DNA of 64,000 nucleotides from Verrucomicrobiota bacterium (GTDB lineage: Bacteria > Verrucomicrobiota > Verrucomicrobiia > Limisphaerales > AAA164-E04): NCBI GenBank assembly GCA_047947115.1, contig CP170459.1, positions 352,001-416,000 of the forward strand, in the 5' to 3' direction. Positions within the stretch are counted from its first letter, which is position 1, and each line of letters begins with the position of its first letter. Position numbers and translations under genes: made by a program. Shown one piece after another: positions 41,986 through 51,589 of the stretch. The notes beneath the pieces were generated by a model that had not been told where the DNA came from, did no database searches, and saw only the letters and a list, made by a program, of their open reading frames with translations.

Positions 41986-42138
41986 CGCGACTGCGGGATC
42001 CCTGCCGCGTTACCTTGTGGTTTCCATTCCTCCATGTGCATTCGTTTGGGGAAGCCTTGGGTATCCGAAAGCCCACAATCCGCATTGCTGACGATTGCGG
42101 GCGGATCAAGTCGATCCGATCTACCGTACGCTGTTGAA

Positions 42139-45100
42139 TCAGCGTACCGTTCGGATCACATTCAATGGCCAGAGGCGTGCAGTATAATCTTCGGAAACCG
42201 TCCCCAGCCAACGTCCGTCCGGACTCATGACCGCATCCAGGACATCGTCCTCGTGGCCTTCCAAGGATTCCAGCAACTCACCTGTTCGAGCATCCCAGAC
42301 TTTGGGTGTTTTGTTCCAGCCGATGGTCACCAGCAAACGGCCATCCGGACTGAGCAAGGCTTTACGCAATCGCTTGGCCACGTCGTTCAACTGGATTAGC
42401 AACTTCCCGCTGTTCATGTCGAACAGACAAACCATCCCATTATCCTGTGTCCAACCAAGCACAAGTTCAAGATTTTCATAGAATGTTGCATCGATGAACG
42501 GAATACCTGGCGATGGATAGGTCACTACACGTTGAGCACTTTCAAGTTCCCAAAGGTTTGCGCCCCTCATATCCTTGATGAATAACTGACGGGCTCCGTT
42601 TACAAATTCCAGTTCTCCCGCGTCTTCGCTTCCAGGAAGCGTCTTCACCCATTGACCATTCACGCCATCCCACAATCGAACAGGTCCCTGGTCAGCAGTG
42701 GCCATCCATTTCCCATCCCCGCTGAACGCAACGTCGTTCAGTTCATGAATGATGCTTTTGATGCGGAATAATTCACGTCCGGAACCGCTTTCCCACACAG
42801 GCAGATCGAAGGGTTCACTCAGTTGTTCGCTGCTGCCACTCCAACCGCGCCCCATCACGCCTTTTGCCCAGATAGCCTTGCTGATTTCTCCATTGGGTAT
42901 CGCAACAAACCGGGCACCATCCTTACTCCATCGAATCGATTGCATCCCAGTGGGCAAATCATCAAAACGCTTTTCCAATTGACCGTCTTGAACGCGCCAC
43001 TTGCGTAAGGGACTGAAAGGTGCCAACAACACATCTGCACCGGTTGGCTTTCCCGACATGTCCACCGGCCGCATCAAGGCCTGACTGTCATCCGATGCCG
43101 TGAGAACGAACTGACCATCGAGACTGAATCGAACATCTTTGACATCACCCGATGCATGGCGGCGCATCTGGTCATCTTTTATTTGCTGGTAACCCTCCAA
43201 AACGAACAGCGTTTCCTGGGATTCCATATCCCACAAACGCGCTTTACCATCGGCTGATCCGGTCACTGCATGTTTGCCGTCTGGACTGATATCCATCGAG
43301 ACAACCTTACGCTCATGTCCGCGAAACACCTTGGACAAATGCATCATCGTTGCGGCATCCCAAAGCCGCGCAGTCCCATCTTCAGAAGCGGTTACTACCC
43401 TTAATCCGTCAGGGCTGAATCGAGCCTGATAGACTTTGTCTTGATGCCCCTTCAGCACGCTAATACCAACTCCTGTCGACGCATCCCAAACCCGAGCCGT
43501 ACCATCACCTGAAGCAGTGACTACCAAGCTGCCACTCTTATTGAATTCAGCCCATAGAACAGTGTCCTTATGAGCGGATAACAAAGCAGCCTGTCTTCCC
43601 GTCGCCACGTCCCAAATACGGGCGGTTTTATCCGCTCCATAGGAAATGACTTGAGTGCTGTCCGTGTTAAAACGTGCACCCACCAATTCCGTTTCGTGTC
43701 CTTTAAGCAGATGTTCGATTCGTTGTTTGGACACATTCCATAGCATCAGATTCGAAGGGTTTCCCCCGGACAGGATGATCCATTGTCCGTCGGCGCTGAA
43801 CTCGGCCACACTACGACTGGAGCGGTATCCGCCCATTAGAAATCCATCTCGCGCACAGTTATCGATGGATTCTACCAATTCACCACTTTCTACATCCCAC
43901 AAGGATCCGATGAACGCTTCATGAACACTGGATGTCGAACCTCCTCCGCCGCCGGGGTGGATGGTGATTTGATAATCATTCCCGGATGGTGTAGTGATGA
44001 CTTGTCTGCCGTCCGGTGAAAACCTTGCAGACAGCAAAGCCGCCTGATGATATTTCAATGTGCTGGTCTCTTTACCGGACAAAACATCCCATACTCTACC
44101 CTGGTGGTCCCATGAAGCAGTCACTATCTGTAGACCATCGGGTGAAAAATCGGCATCAACCACTTGATTGGCGTGATCCAATACGGAGATTTGTGCACCT
44201 GTGGTCTTGTCCCAAACCCGCACGGAACGATCTCCAAACCTGGGAATACGAGTTGTGACAAATAGCTCGTTATTCGGCGACAAATGGGGGTATTGAAAAT
44301 GTGGATCAAAAGACACCGTCAGGATTTGATGTTCATCAGGCGAAAACATCGCTTTCCCAACGACCCCTTCATGTCCCTCGAACACCCTCACGACATCCCC
44401 GGACTGAGCATTCCAAAGGCGAGCCGAGTGATCATGAGAAGCGCTTAAAATTTGTTCACCATTATTACTGAAGGAAACAGCAGCCACGGGACCATCGTGA
44501 GGCAGAATCAGATACGGTTCCATGACAGCTGCCCGCGCGGTGGCTTCGGCAACAATCAATTGCTCTGCCTTAGCCAATGCGGAGCGCGTCTGTTGCAACT
44601 GCCACCCAACAACCAAAAATGCAATGAAACCCACCAGCAACACCAAAGAAGACATCGACACCAGTAATGGATTACGATTCACCCATTTCTGAAAACGCTC
44701 TTTTGCTGTAGAAGGGCGGGCCAGGATGGGCTTGTTTGACATCCAACGTTCCAGTTCTTCCGCCAAGTCCTGGGCAGATCCATAGCGTTGAGCGGGATTT
44801 TTCTCGAGGCATTTGAGACAGATGGTTTCCAGGTCGGCAGGTGCATCCTGGCGAATGGTTATCAGCGAAGGCGGATTGGATTCAGCAACCGCCTTCATGG
44901 TCTCGAGAGGCGTGGAAGCTTGAAAAGGCGGGCGCCCTGCGATCATGCGAAACAAAATAGCACCCAAGGCATAAACATCCGTGAGGGGGCCCACGGTATC
45001 TTGCTTGCCCTGAGCTTGTTCAGGCGCCATGTATGCAGGACTTCCGAACACTGTCCCAGTCAATGTGAGGTCGGCATCCAGATCCATTCGCTTGGCCAAT

Positions 45101-45705
45101 CCGAAATCGGTAATACGAGGTTCGTCATGCTCATCCAGCAAAATGTTCTGCGGTTTGAGATCCCTATGAACCACACCCCGTTGATGGGCAAAATGAACGG
45201 CCCTGGCAATTTTAATCATATAGGACACAGCCTGCTTCATCGGAAGGGCACCTTGCTGCATGCGTGTTTCAAGATGATCGCCTTCCACAAACTCCATTGA
45301 ATAGAAATGGCGTCCGTCCGTTTCACCCACGTCAAAAACCGCAACGATGTTCGGATGTCGGAGGTGTGCGGCAGCTTCAGCTTCTGCCCGAAAGCGGGTG
45401 ACTTCATTTTCGGTTGCCAATCGACCAGAAAGAATCATTTTGAGTGCAACAACTCGATTCAAACTCATCTGACGAGCCCGATAAACCACCCCCATGCCCC
45501 CGCGTGCAATGACTTCCAATAAGTCGTAATCCCCTACAGCAGTATAACTCTCCGCTTCGATTGAAGCTGAGGGAATATTGGGTAAAGTTTTGCTTCCCTC
45601 TGCAAGCAAGCATTTGGGACACATCCCCATAGGGGCATCTTGGGGCAAGGGCGTTCCACACTGAGGGCAATGAGATTCAAATGTTGTCGATTCTGTTTTC
45701 ATCAC
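42139..45705 (-). CDS. Ser/Thr protein kinase with WD40 repeats
   Basis: CPQC..CPKC N-terminus, ARGGMGVVY, VALK, HRDLKPQN, DFG, YMAPE, a TM helix, then many WD40 repeats. Confidence 0.95.
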   Translation of the reverse strand: MMKTESTTFESHCPQCGTPLPQDAPMGMCPKCLLAEGSKTLPNIPSASIEAESYTAVGDYDLLEVIARGGMGVVYRARQMSLNRVVALKMILSGRLATENEVTRFRAEAEAAAHLRHPNIVAVFDVGETDGRHFYSMEFVEGDHLETRMQQGALPMKQAVSYMIKIARAVHFAHQRGVVHRDLKPQNILLDEHDEPRITDFGLAKRMDLDADLTLTGTVFGSPAYMAPEQAQGKQDTVGPLTDVYALGAILFRMIAGRPPFQASTPLETMKAVAESNPPSLITIRQDAPADLETICLKCLEKNPAQRYGSAQDLAEELERWMSNKPILARPSTAKERFQKWVNRNPLLVSMSSLVLLVGFIAFLVVGWQLQQTRSALAKAEQLIVAEATARAAVMEPYLILPHDGPVAAVSFSNNGEQILSASHDHSARLWNAQSGDVVRVFEGHEGVVGKAMFSPDEHQILTVSFDPHFQYPHLSPNNELFVTTRIPRFGDRSVRVWDKTTGAQISVLDHANQVVDADFSPDGLQIVTASWDHQGRVWDVLSGKETSTLKYHQAALLSARFSPDGRQVITTPSGNDYQITIHPGGGGGSTSSVHEAFIGSLWDVESGELVESIDNCARDGFLMGGYRSSRSVAEFSADGQWIILSGGNPSNLMLWNVSKQRIEHLLKGHETELVGARFNTDSTQVISYGADKTARIWDVATGRQAALLSAHKDTVLWAEFNKSGSLVVTASGDGTARVWDASTGVGISVLKGHQDKVYQARFSPDGLRVVTASEDGTARLWDAATMMHLSKVFRGHERKVVSMDISPDGKHAVTGSADGKARLWDMESQETLFVLEGYQQIKDDQMRRHASGDVKDVRFSLDGQFVLTASDDSQALMRPVDMSGKPTGADVLLAPFSPLRKWRVQDGQLEKRFDDLPTGMQSIRWSKDGARFVAIPNGEISKAIWAKGVMGRGWSGSSEQLSEPFDLPVWESGSGRELFRIKSIIHELNDVAFSGDGKWMATADQGPVRLWDGVNGQWVKTLPGSEDAGELEFVNGARQLFIKDMRGANLWELESAQRVVTYPSPGIPFIDATFYENLELVLGWTQDNGMVCLFDMNSGKLLIQLNDVAKRLRKALLSPDGRLLVTIGWNKTPKVWDARTGELLESLEGHEDDVLDAVMSPDGRWLGTVSEDYTARLWPLNVIRTVR

Positions 45706-46205
45706 CCGTTACACAGACTTTTCCCGGTCAAGGTAACAGGAAAAGTTTCTTTTTAGAACAAATTCACCATTTCTCATTTACCTCCTACAGCTTGCATCAG
45801 GTGAGCCAATTCATCCGACACATCTCCCTCAGATTCCACCGTTGCCCTAATTCGCTGAATCAACGACGCACGATATCGCTGCTTCATACGCATGACCCCC
45901 ATTTTGACAGAGGCTTCGGTGATTCCCAATTCCAGCGCCCATTCGGCATACGATCCAGACCCATCACTACCCGACAAGATTCCTTTGAAGGCATTGAAAA
46001 ACTGGTCCTTACCTTCCTTATGATAAACAGCGGACAAGTCGTTTAATGTATCTTCAAGAAGGGTCAGCGCCCATCGACGATCATACAAATCCGACGGGGA
46101 ATTTTGATCGACAGGTTCCAGTGTGTAACGTTCCTCGGCCTGCACGGCGTCCAAGGATAGGATGGCTCGATCCCCGCCGCGCTTCTGCGCTTTTGATCGC
46201 GCATA

Positions 46206-47690
46206 ACAGCCCGTTTAATAAGTGCCAATTTCGAAAAACCGAATGATCCGAATCTCGTCCGGCTTCGATTTCATCAAGCTGCATAATAAAATGGTGGAAA
46301 TCAGTAAAAGGACGGCGGGAGCCATATTTATCGCCCCCTGAGTCATCCATTCGCCAAAAATTATGACAAAAGCAGCCGTCAAAGCGGTAGCGAGGCTCGC
46401 TTCCCAGTTTCTTGGCTTGGCGAGGCCAAAGATTTTCCGCATCAGCAATCCGAGGTTGAATGCTGCGCACTTCAGTGTGTGAATCTTGGTGACATTTTCC
46501 ATTCCCTGGAGCCAGGTTCGACGTCCAGCTCCTGTTTCGCACACATGAGCAAATGTTCGCTCCACAAGTTCGCTTCGTTTTCGACTCAGTCGCTTACCCT
46601 TGACACTCCGAACTCTTCGTCGATTACCACGGAATGCGTGTTCGTAGCTTTCCGGCTTGTCCACCCACTTACGCTTCTTTTGCTTCTTCTCTGGTATGTA
46701 TGTGCGGATACCCCACTGCGTGAGCCGTTCCAACAATGCGTTGCTGTGATATCCCTTGTCCATCACCGCCTCTTCAACGGTCCTTTCTGATTCGATTAAT
46801 TGTAGATTGGCTTCAGCCAAGATGAGGCTCTCAGGCCCCGTGGTTGTATCGCCTTGATCTGCATGTGTGACATGACAAGAAACAATTGCCTCGGTTTCCA
46901 AGTCCACCGAATGTTCAGCCTTATATGCAAGATGTGTGCGCCCATCTTTCATCTTGGTAATGCGGCTGTCCGGATCTGACTTGCTTTGCCATTCTTTGTT
47001 GGAAACTTTCTTCCCCTTGCGCCCTCGGTCGATGCGCTGAATGTCTTCATCACTCGGATTTTCAATGCCTTCTTCTTTGGCCAGTTCACGAAGGTATTCT
47101 TTCCAATCCTCACCCGTCCCTTTGCGCACGATGCTACGCATGGCTGCATTGGCTTCCAGGGTGGTGGCATCAACACCAAGAGTTTTTCCCTTCAAAAGCT
47201 TTTTCTCTTTGAGTTGTTCAAGGACAAAAAGGAAAACCTTGTGAAACACTTCATCGGACAAGCGTTGACGGATAATTGTCATCGATGCGTGAACAGGAGT
47301 TTTCTCTGTCAAACTGATGCCGAGAAATTCACGCAGGCAAAGGCTATCATGACATCTCCATGCGATACCACGTTGACTGTTGAGCCCTTCAAAGTATCCG
47401 ATGAAAATCATCCGGAAATAAATACCGGGCGCAATGCCTGGCCTACCAAAATTCTTGTAAAACGGGGCGCACAACTCTTCGACATAAGCATCAAATCCGC
47501 ACTCATCAAAAACCTGATTGAGTTTGGAATAAAACGGGTGAGCCGGCGTTTTGGGAATCTGATTGGAGGCAATGAACAGTTCTTGCTGTTTCGTTTTCCG
47601 TTTGCCAAGTGCCATGGCAAATACTTTACTTGATCATGTGATCAATCACGAATCTTTTCGTGAAGAATTGTGACTTTTTTAACGGGCTGT
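46206..47690 (-). mobile_element. IS1182/IS5-like insertion sequence
   Basis: Imperfect TIR ACAGCCCGTT(T/A)AA(T/A)AAGT; TA duplication at 46204-46205 and 47691-47692. Confidence 0.9.
46215..47615 (-). CDS. DDE transposase (DUF772 + DDE, IS1182/IS5-like)
   Basis: GRPGIAP, VDATTLEANA, DPDSR, MDKGY, VERTFAH. Confidence 0.92.
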   Translation of the reverse strand: MALGKRKTKQQELFIASNQIPKTPAHPFYSKLNQVFDECGFDAYVEELCAPFYKNFGRPGIAPGIYFRMIFIGYFEGLNSQRGIAWRCHDSLCLREFLGISLTEKTPVHASMTIIRQRLSDEVFHKVFLFVLEQLKEKKLLKGKTLGVDATTLEANAAMRSIVRKGTGEDWKEYLRELAKEEGIENPSDEDIQRIDRGRKGKKVSNKEWQSKSDPDSRITKMKDGRTHLAYKAEHSVDLETEAIVSCHVTHADQGDTTTGPESLILAEANLQLIESERTVEEAVMDKGYHSNALLERLTQWGIRTYIPEKKQKKRKWVDKPESYEHAFRGNRRRVRSVKGKRLSRKRSELVERTFAHVCETGAGRRTWLQGMENVTKIHTLKCAAFNLGLLMRKIFGLAKPRNWEASLATALTAAFVIIFGEWMTQGAINMAPAVLLLISTILLCSLMKSKPDEIRIIRFFEIGTY

Positions 47691-48095
47691 TAAGCATCGG
47701 CTATATAATGCTGAAAGGAGGCCAGAAGAAATGAGCGAAATCGGCCACGCTCCCGGGATGCCTTGCCAAGTGATTTAAGACGCAACATTTGAGCAAAAAA
47801 ACCCTGCACCAAATCCTCGGACAAATGGGGCGAACATCCCCTTCGCCGAGCAAAGGCATACAAAGGATACCAATACGTTTCACACAAACGCTCCAAAGCA
47901 TCACGAACTGTTGCGGAAGAATCTTCATCCCCCGCCGCAAGCACAACGGTCCATTGAGTTGTAACGAAAGGTTCAAATCGCTCACGAGGGCCAAGCATGT
48001 CCCCAGCATAAGAAAAACGCTCTGACATTTCAAATGCAGAGCGTTCAGGAAATTTGTGATTAAATAATGAGTTTCAATGGTGCCGGTTGATTAGA

Positions 48096-49721
48096 CTATT
48101 TCTTACCTTTTCCGTTTCCGCCAGCATTGCCGCCGGAACCTCCACCGTTGTCATTTCCACCAGAACCACCGCCGGAGCCAGCTGTGCCACCGCCTCCGCC
48201 ACCGCTAGCGCCGGAATCTGCATCGATACGCACATCACGCGAACCACCACCGATGTTACCAGGTTGCGGATCATCAGGCGAACCAGTCTGATCCTGCCAG
48301 GCCCAATCTTGTTGTGTTATCAGACCCAGCTCACCAAGCGGTTCACCGTTGCGGTCAGGATCCGTGTTTTCATCCGTGGCGCGGGTTGGATCAGCGCCAT
48401 GACTTTCGGAAAGGTCATACAGGAATTCTTGCAGCGCTGGCATGATGGAACGGCTGACAGTGGCCATTCCGAACGGCGCAAACGGAACCAGATAGCTATT
48501 GAACTCTCCAGCCCAGTCGATGAGTCGATCACCACCCGTGTTGGCGATCATGATGTCACGACCTGCGCCACCGTAGGCTCTGTCTTCATAAGACGGATGG
48601 GTGTCAGGGATATCATTGAGGCCTCCGTTGGTCTCAAGATTATCATCGACATTCATCAGGTCGTCACCAAATCCACCATAGGTGGTGTCGCGGCCTGTTC
48701 CACCGACCAACCAGTCGTTGCCCAGATCACCAAAGATGATGTCATCACCGTCTGTGGCCACCGGATCATAATTGACACCGTCGGCATAAAGGTCCTGAGG
48801 TCCTTCAAGATGGTTGAAGTTCAGGATAAATTCATCACCCGTCTGGGAGAAGACAAGCACGCCATCAGCGTTTGGAGTCACATAGACCTTCGACTTCGGA
48901 TCGTTTTCATCATATGCTGCAAATTCGACTTCACGACCTGCCACCTCACCCCAGGCAAGATAGTCAACTGGATTGAAAGGTTTGGCAAAATACTGTGGCA
49001 ACGCTTCAGCGCCCGAGATGGCGTCATCACCGGAGCTACCGTGCAAGAAGTCCGAACCCCAACCACCAAATATAATATCGTTGGCGTACTGTGCATCGTA
49101 AAGCACGACATCATCTCCCATAGAGGCAACATCCGCTGGGCCTGCAACGTTGAATGGCGTCAGATTCACAGTCTTCTTCAAGGCGCCTTCCACATTAAGA
49201 ACAGCTTGCTGGAAACCGCCAGGGGTCGAAATTTCCAGGTTCAGTTCAGCTGCAGTAAATCCAGCAACGCCATAAAGAGACTCACCTTCGGTGGAATTCC
49301 TGCTGGTGTAGATCCGTCCGTCATCGCCCAGCACGCCATCCTGACCGGTGCCACCGCTGATCCAGTCATGTCCGTAACCACCGTATAGATCGTCATCCTG
49401 ACCATCACCGAATAGCACGTCATCGCCAACCATGCCGTAGATAACGTCATCACCGGCTTCACCATGGATCTCGTCTGCAGCACCAAGGTTGTTTACTGTG
49501 TTAGGCGCGTCATAGTCGGCGCCACCTGGTGTGTAATCCTGTGCGCCGGTTTCATCGTCACCGATCCATTCATTGCCACGAACCACAACGCGCAGGCCGC
49601 CACGATCCGTGCCGTCAAAATGCACTCCGATGTCGTAGTTGAAGGTCAGGTATTGAGTAGTGCCTTGTGCATCTACAATCTCAACCAAACGGTAGATATT
49701 TCCATTGTCACCGAGTATGTA
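48096..49721 (-). pseudogene. C-terminal remnant of a large RTX/hemolysin-type Ca-binding secreted protein
   Basis: Many GGxGxD-type nonapeptides (GEAGDD, GGYGHD, GGTGQD, GDLGND, GGAGRD), Gly-rich tail; the frame begins mid-repeat at the IS boundary. Confidence 0.85.
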
Positions 49722-51410
49722 GTGCCTGAGAGAAAACTCCTCAGTTTTTGAAAATTTCACTGACCGCTGGCGATTCTTGCGGGCGGAAGTCGGAGACACA
49801 CGCCTTGAAGTGCGTGTTTTCCTCCGGAACACATCAAACTATCGTTTTTTTGCCTTTTTTGATCTGAAGATGTACACACCACTTGTGTGATAGGTCTGCT
49901 TGTTAGTGAAAATCTATACCGAGCTTAAGCCGCGTTGGCTTTTTGCTCCGCAGCTTGCCGTTGTTTCTCTATCAAGGCTCACCCGATACGATGCAAATTG
50001 TAAGCCAGCACCCCAAACCCAACATATCGTTTGTACCCTGATAGCCCTTTGTCTGGGCATCGGTTCAGTCCGTGATGCTCCAGTTCATTGATGTTGCTTT
50101 CAATGGCTGCATGTCGTCGCTTGAGTCTTTTAAAGGAGCTGCTGGTTTCACGTTCCTCTTCGACTTTATTGCGTCTTCCTTTTTTGGGCATCACTACCTC
50201 CGGGATCTGCAGCTTCAAATCCTCTAGTTTACTCATGTCACTGAACCCTTTGTCCATGCTCAGCGAATGGATGTTTCCTTCTCCAAAACGATTTACCAGT
50301 CGCAATACCAACGGTTCGAGTTCCTGATTGTCCGTGGTCTTTTCCATGACTTTGTAATCCAATATCAGTCCGTGCTGATCAGTGCTTACTAGGACTTTGT
50401 GTCCCAGTTCAACGGAGGGACGCATCTTGCCCTTGGCGATCCATTCAGTATGGGGTTCGAAGAGCGAAAACACTTTTTCCTCGTGTGGAATAGTCTCTTC
50501 TTTCACGATTCGGCGTTCAACCAAATCAATATGCTTCTCAAGCATTAAGGCAAAATAGCGGATTTTTTCGAGGCAGAGAAAGTGCGTTGGATCCTGGCAG
50601 ACTTTATCCACTCGCCCAATATCTTCAGAGACTTTTGCTCCAAGTTCCTTTGCTTTGCGAAGGTAATTTTTCGCGGCTTTTTCCTGACGCTGATGTCGAT
50701 TCTTGCCACCGCGACTAGACTGCTGAAGCTGGCGCATCAAGCCCTTGATGGTTGTTTTCCAATTTTTGGCTTTACGCCATCCCTCAAGGCCAACCTCCCG
50801 GGCAAGCCAACTCAGTAAGTCGATGCTTTTGCGTGCCGCATCCCACAACAGATTAATATCGGTTGGAAAGTGCACATTGGTCTCAAGAACGTAGCTATCG
50901 GTTTTAACGAGGATTTTTTCGGCGACGTTTTTTTTAGTTCCTTGCGTCCGTGCAAAACCACGATTTCATTGATTTGCCCCAGAAGTTGCTCGTCCACATG
51001 ACAAACATTTTCACTGAGAGTTTTGTGGTGAAAATTTTCCCCACCGGAGGCCACAACGGGCAATCCCATAATCTGTCGCACCAATGAATGGTGATTGGCC
51101 ATATCCTCAAGCCGGTCATAGTCGCAATCCAAAGACATTCGACACACACCCAAAACCAGAATTTGCCACAAATCCATTCCGGGGCGACCGGTGTGCTTCT
51201 TGTTTCCGATTACCTTTTGTTCCAGCAATTCGAAAACCTGTTCGTTGATTTCAGGTGTTGAAAAGATCCACTGCAGAGTGATTTTTACGACGAATATCAG
51301 AGAGAAAATCTCATTTTTCAACAATTTGAATGACAACGTTCCGGGATTCGTTCTCAGAAAACTTCGGAATCCCTTTGCAGACTTGATCATTCTAGTTTTC
51401 AGTCAGGCAC
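49722..51410 (-). mobile_element. IS5-like/ISNCY insertion sequence
   Basis: TIR GTGCCTGAnnGAAAACT at both ends, flanked by TA (49720-49721, 51411-51412). Confidence 0.88.
49925..51390 (-). pseudogene. IS5-like transposase in two frames, with a probable premature stop
   Basis: ORF1 (GRPGMDLWQILVLG) and ORF2 (HFPTD, SLFEPH, DKGF, IESNINELEHHGL) join across an A8 run at 50928-50935; TGA at 49979-49981 precedes 17 more sense codons. Confidence 0.8.
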
Positions 51411-51589
51411 TACGTAACCGCCAAAAATCCGCAATATTCACAATTGTTCAATATGGGACATTTTTACTCTCACCCCTCAACATAAATGGCTTCCCTCTAA
51501 AGTTGACTTGGGGAACATTGAAGAAATTTTGGACTGAATCCAGCATGAAAACCCACCACCTAGGAAGAGGAAAAAGGGCCATCCAGAAG

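Larger units (their letters stand above)
45774..48028 (-). pseudogene. ECF sigma factor (Ser/Thr-kinase-associated type) split by an IS
   Basis: 5' part 47691-48028 (TTQWTVV, YWYPLYAF, GRFRSFL) and 3' part 45774-46203 (AQKRGG, YDRRWA, sigma-4 HTH) rejoin in frame as a 255-aa protein when the IS and one TA are removed. Confidence 0.93.

Noticed and set aside
48087..49388. 433-aa plus-strand ORF
   Set aside because: Antisense shadow of the repetitive RTX frame
51409..51425. Sigma-54 promoter (minus-strand TGGCGGTTACGTA) at the IS edge
   Set aside because: The -12 TGC element is absent; evidence too weak
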